A DNA stretch of 64,000 bases. It comes from Pavona decussata. Taxonomy: Eukaryota. This document shows positions 58,467 to 64,000 of the stretch, one piece after another. Below the pieces are notes generated by a model. It saw only the letters and a program-made list of their open reading frames with translations, was not told the DNA's origin and searched no databases. The stretch spans positions 558,001 through 622,000 of the forward strand of contig CDRNST010000354.1 of NCBI GenBank assembly GCA_977016875.1, in the 5' to 3' direction. The first letter of the stretch is position 1, and every line of letters begins with the position of its first letter. The position numbers were made by a program, and so were the translations under genes.

Positions 58467-61400
58467 TCAGGTTTCAGTTTGATTCAGTTCAGAGTGACAC
58501 GTGCAGGCAAAGTTTTCTTTTTTCCGAAGCAAGCGCTTCACATTTTTGTGACCAAACAGTTCAGCACTGCCAAGAGCTGAAAGCCCTTCCTTGTTGACTG
58601 CATGTAATTCAGCGCCATTATCCAGCAACAAGCAGACTACCTTTAAGTGACCAGAAGCTGCAGAGACGTGCAACGGTGTATTGCCACTAGCATCAAGTGA
58701 GTTGACATTGTTTCCTGCATTAATTAAGACCTGCACTATGTTTGTCTTCCCAAGTGCAGCGGCTGTGTGAAGGGCTATGCTGCCTTCTGAATGTCTTGAG
58801 CTGACAGTCGCTCCATGCTTTAGCAACAGACAAACCATGTCCGCATCACTGAAGGCTGAAGCCAGGTGAGGAGGAGTGCTTCCTTCATTATCTATGGCTT
58901 CAACATCTGCTCCGCGTTCAAGGAGAAGACACGTAGTGTTTCTCTGGCCAAAAACTGTGCAGATGTGAAGCGGAGTGTAACCTTTGGCGTCTCTAGCCTC
59001 GAGATTGCTGCAAAAGAAAATGTAATGCAGACCTGTTAGAACCATCACACCAGAAAGGGGAGACACTTGTAACACTAGGCCCATGAAAGGTTGTGGTGTA
59101 GCTACAAACATAACACCTTTGTTAGTAAGGAAAGACTTGTTCACTAACAAACTTGTGAAATTTGATAACAACTGAACTTGTGACACGTGATAAAATGAGT
59201 GATCACTTTCCACTAGGTCAAGATGTGCTCATGGACTGACCAGTTTTAACTCGTTGATTTAAATTTTAATTCTTAATTTTAAAACGTTTCTCTAAGTTTC
59301 CGTTTCAAAGCACTGTTGCAACTGGATTTCCTACCATTATCCTTCATCTCTATCAGTCCATTATTTAACTGGAACACACTTTTCAAAAATTAAGAGAAAA
59401 CAAAAACAAAGGAAGTTAGGACGGAGAGCGTCTTAAAACATGCTCACAAATTATCGAAAAACGGACACAAAGACACCAACAAAGAAGTAACAACTTGCCT
59501 TCCGTGGTCAATCGCAATCGAGACGGCATGTTTGTTTCCTGAACAGCAGCCTGCGTGGAGAGGAGTACAGCCTTTGTAATCTACAGCATTAGGATCGCTG
59601 CCGTGGTTCAACAGACATTTTGCTAACTTCCAATCTTTGGACAGCAAAGCGGGATGAAGAGGGGTGCTACCCAGTTCATCAACAGCATTAACCTGTCCAC
59701 CATGAAGAACAGCTTCCTCTACAATTCCCCCAAGAACACGACCGTTTATAATGTGTGCGCACGTTCTTCCTTGCAAGTTGGTAGCACGAACATCACCTCC
59801 CTTTCTAATAAACAGCTCAGCAACTTCATAGTTACCTTATGCGATAGCTATGTGAAGGGGTGTATTTCCCAGTTTATCTTGGCAATCAACACCGACGCCT
59901 GCCTTTAACAGAATCTTTATGGTATCTGCTGATAGAGGTGAGAATGATTAACAAGCAACTTGATGAAGTGGAGTGTATCCGTGTATATTGACCGCATTAA
60001 CATCTCCACCAAGTTCAATAATTTCGTTAAGAAGACTGCAGTCATTCCAACATACGGCATAATGAAGAACTGTTTCCACGTAGATCTGCAGCGTGCACGT
60101 TGCTTCCGCTTTGTAAAAGAATTTTTGGTCCTTCCAAGGAGGTATTGGCAGCAAGACTAACCATCAACAGTGTCTGATCTCTGTTATTGATAGTAGACAA
60201 GTCCGCCCCTCTATCAACAAGTCGTTGTATCACCTCAGGAGTTCCGCGAGCTGCTGCTCTATGAAGAGGTGTGTCTCCATTCGTGTCTCTTGCTTCAATA
60301 TGCAATCCTTGGTCTAGGAGACTGTCAACAGTATCAACAAGATCATCTGTTGCAGCAAACTGAAGAGTAGTCCGACCAGTTAATAAGTCCACCGCATGGA
60401 CGTCACATCCATTCTCAAGAAATAAACGCAAGAACTGTGGAACAAAGTTTAATGAAGTGTATGAAACTTACATTCCAGTGAAGCGCCAAACACTGTTTGG
60501 CCACCAAAATCTGTCGCATTGATGGTACTACCAAGACCAATAAGATGATCGGCCAACCCTAGCCAACCATATTTTGCTGCCAGGTGTAGGACAGTTCTGC
60601 CCTTGTTGTCGACAGCTGTAATATCACTCCCATTTAGAAGCAATAATTCCAAAGTTGTACTTCGTCCTCTTGCAACAGCGAAGTGCAATGGTAGCCAGCC
60701 GTGGTCGTCAGTTACACTAACCTCGGCACCATTTTGAATCAAGACCTCCACAGAATCGTTGGACTGCTCGTAGACTGCTGCATGGAGAGGTGTGCGATTT
60801 TCTCTGTCCAACGCCCCCACGTCTGCCCCTTGCTCAATCAGCCACTCCATGTAAGACGTATTCCCAGCCGATGCAGCGAGATGCAAAGGCGTCTCTCCAT
60901 TTTTGTCGGGAAGACTGACATCACCGCCAAAGTGTAAAAGAAGGTCAAACAGTTGTCTTTCGGCGTTTGAAGGGATGTAATGAAGGACAGATCTTCCGAA
61001 ATTGTCCACATCATTTACACAGCTTCCAAGATTCAACAATTTCTTCACAAGAGAAAACGATATCACTCCTCTATAGTTTATAACAGCGTTTGTAAGAGGC
61101 GTCGTTCCAGAAGTATCCTTTGCATGAACGTTACTTCCCTTCTTTAATAAAAATTGGACCATACCAATACTAACATTACCTCGACGTGCTGCTATGACAA
61201 GAGGTGTTTCACCCAAGTTAGTTCTGACTTCTGTGTCAACACTATGTTCTAATAACACCTCGGCTGCAAGAACACTACTTGAGTTTACTGCCACGTGTAA
61301 AGGTGTCATGCCTTCATCGTCTTTCACACTAGGATCAGCACCGTACTGAAGCAACTTCTCAGTAAGTCTCCCATTGTTATTTTCAGCAGCATAGTGAAGG

Positions 61401-63709
61401 GGAGACAAAGAACAAACGTTTGAAACGTTTGTTTCGCATCGAAGTTCAAGAAGAAGCGCAACTACTTTCTCGGCATTCATCTTTGTAGCTAGTAGCAGAG
61501 GAGTTTCACATCTTTCGTTCCTTGTGTTCATGTCAGCACCAGATTCCAAAAGAAGCTTCACTATTTCAGTCGATGAAGATCCTAAAAACTGAACAGCACA
61601 AGAAAGAGCTGTGTCACCGAGACTGTTCTTGGCATTCGCATTAGCACTATTTTGAAGAAGAAACGACACGGAATCAAAGTCTCCACGATGAGCTGCAGAT
61701 GTCACTAAAGTTTCACCATCTTTAATTTTGTCAAAAGGAAAGCTCTTCTTATCGGCAAGCAGCTACTTTCTCCTACTACTTTCTCGGCATTCATCTTTGT
61801 AGCTAGTAGCAGAGGAGTTTCACATCTTTCGTTCCTTGTGTTCATGTCAGCACCAGATTCCAAAAGAAGCTTCACTATTTCAGTCGATGAAGATTCTAAA
61901 AACTGAACAGCACAAGAAAGAGCTGTGTCACCGAGACTGTTCTTGGCATTCAAATTAGCACCATTTTGAAGAAGAAACTTCACGGAATCGAAGTCTCCAC
62001 GATGAGCTGCAGATGTCAGTAAAGTTTCACCATCTTTAATTTTGTCAAAAGGAAAGCTCTTCTTATCGGCAAGCAGCTCAAAAACATCCTTTAGCCCATG
62101 CATTGCAGCTAGTTCGGCAAGCGAATTAGTTTCGCCATCCGAGTTTGACGAAAGACATCCCCGCTCTATCAGGAGTTTAGCTGTTTCACCTTGTCCAGCT
62201 TCCAAGGCGCAGTATGAGGGGGTTCGGTTGAGGTCAGAGTTACGTTCGTCCTCTTTCCTGCAGTCACTCTCGTCATGATCAGTCCTGTTGGCAGTGACCT
62301 CTTTAACATCATTTACGGAATCAAGACCATTGATGTTTGCTCCTTGGTCTAACAGAAAAGCCATTACATCGCATTTTCCGGCCTCAGCCGCTGTCATCAG
62401 AGGGGTCTTTCCACTTCTATTGACTGCATCCAGAGGTACACCTCTATCATGAAGAAGTTGTAAAATATCTTTGAAACCCTTGTAAGCAGCAGACTCCAAA
62501 ATGCCATCATCGACACAGTTACCTTCCAGGTCTCTAAGCTTCACTTCACATTCTCGCTCAATCAAAATCTTAGCAGTCGTATGGGATCCTTGGATGGCAT
62601 AGGACAAAGCTGTGCAACCACTTACATCACGCGAATTGATATCAGCACAAAAAGTTAGAAAAAAGTTAACTGTGTCAGATTGGCCATTTGCACCCGCCAC
62701 ATGCATTGGTGTTCTTCCCTTTATATCTTTTGCATGAATATCAGCAGAATGAATATCAACGATAAACATCACGAACTCCAGACAAGTGCATGCAGCCAGG
62801 TGAAGAACTGTTTCCCCATTGCGTGTCTTTGCAAATAAATTCGGATTATACCGTAACAGGCATTTCACGACATCCGTAAAACCCCGCCTTGCTGCAAAAT
62901 GCAGCGGGGTCTGGCCAAGGTCATCGCAGCTGTTTGAATCTGCTCCATTTTCCAGCAGCAAATGGACAGAATCCAAGCAACGCTTCCCAGCAGCTAACAT
63001 AAGGGGAGTAAGTCCATAAATAGCCCCTTGGTTTGCATTGGCATCATGTTTTTTTTAAAAGACGGACAACCTCTGTGTCTCCATTTCTAGCAGCCAGATG
63101 AAGTGCTGATATTCGACGGTAGGTTGTCTTGAATACATTGGCTCCAAGCTCCATCAAGCGTTTTATATTCCTCATTTTACCACCAATTACAACATGAAGA
63201 AATGGAGTTAAACCCGTTCTATCCTGCGTCTCAAGAGAAGCGCCTCTTTCAATAAGAAATTCCACAACATCTACTTCATTAAACTCCGCTGCGCACATCA
63301 AAGGTGTTTTTTCATCTTCTGATTGATCCGGGCAGACAGAATCAACGTGCTCACCAAGGTCCAGTAACCTACGTAGATGTTCAACATTCCCCTTTTCGGC
63401 AGCGAGGTGTAAAAGGAGCCCAGATTGGAAAGGCTGTGAAATCTTCTCAACAATTTCAAGTATCTGCTTGTGAATTTCTGACTCTTGCTGTCTCAAGACA
63501 AACAAAACGGATTTACCAGGGAAATGAGATGAGTTTTGGCCAATTTTGACACTCAGAGCAATGGCACTATCAAGCTTGTCTGGACTGAAATTCAAGATTG
63601 TGCTGATAGTTCCGATGTCTCCTTTAATACAGGCTGATTGTAGGCTGCTAAAACCACTTTCTCTGTTGCGTGTGGTCAAATAATTAAAAGACAAACTCTT
63701 CAGGGGTAA
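58467..63709 (-). pseudogene. Large ankyrin-repeat gene, 3' part, with multiple disablements (5' end outside the window)
   Basis: Consecutive ORFs all encode G-x-TPLH-x-AA..G..V..LL..GA-x-N repeats. Frameshifts at ~63050, ~61770, ~60450 and ~60070; in-frame TAA at 59948 and ~59836; intron 59008-59498; acceptor ttgcag before 63709. Confidence 0.8.
61461..62078. repeat. 314-bp-period tandem duplication inside the ankyrin gene
   Basis: 61461-61764 matches 61775-62078 with a handful of substitutions, separated by a 10-nt filler. Confidence 0.9.
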
Positions 63710-64000
63710 CTGCAACACAACAGGTCAATAGAATTGGTAAAAGATGAGAGATATATGACATCTTTTTTAAAATAAATAGTGTCTCACTCCACCTTGCGGG
63801 CAAGTCTAGTATAAACTGACAAGAGAAATATATTGAAAAGGCTAACTCATAGGATTTTTATGTATCTTGGCCAAAACTGTGCTGAAACTGAAACTAGGTA
63901 CCTTTTCTCGTTTACATGACTGACACTTTTACACTACACTAAATGTTGCAATATTTTAGGTGGCTGTGAACCTCTCCGTACAAATTTGTTTAAATGTTGC

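Overview
Eukaryotic, AT-rich, intron-containing genomic DNA; the repeat families and gene content suggest a cnidarian, probably a stony coral (inference). Three genes are supported. (1) An intronless MFSD6-like MFS transporter (+, 4616-6385). (2) A ~38.5 kb polycystin-1 (PKD1)/REJ-family receptor-channel gene (+, ~16455-54928), which I assembled by hand into at least 27 phase-compatible exons (~12.9 kb CDS, ~4300 aa; one junction falls in an assembly gap). Its domain order is signal peptide, discoidin-like, FAMeT-like, LamG/ConA-like, trefoil, F5/8 type C, WSC, ~10 PKD repeats, REJ, GAIN/GPS, TM1, PLAT, further TMs, a polycystin channel with a PKD2-like pore, and an acidic tail. (3) The 3' part of a multi-ankyrin gene (-, 58467 to at least 63709), disabled by frameshifts, stops and a 314-bp tandem duplication. 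Introns and intergenic DNA hold MITEs, tRNA-derived SINEs, Penelope, Bel/Pao and LINE relics, a ~102-bp satellite, and four fold-back palindromes built around a CGAAAC motif resembling Penelope minimal hammerhead ribozymes. There are three N gaps. All domain and family calls come from recognising motifs by eye, not from database searches.
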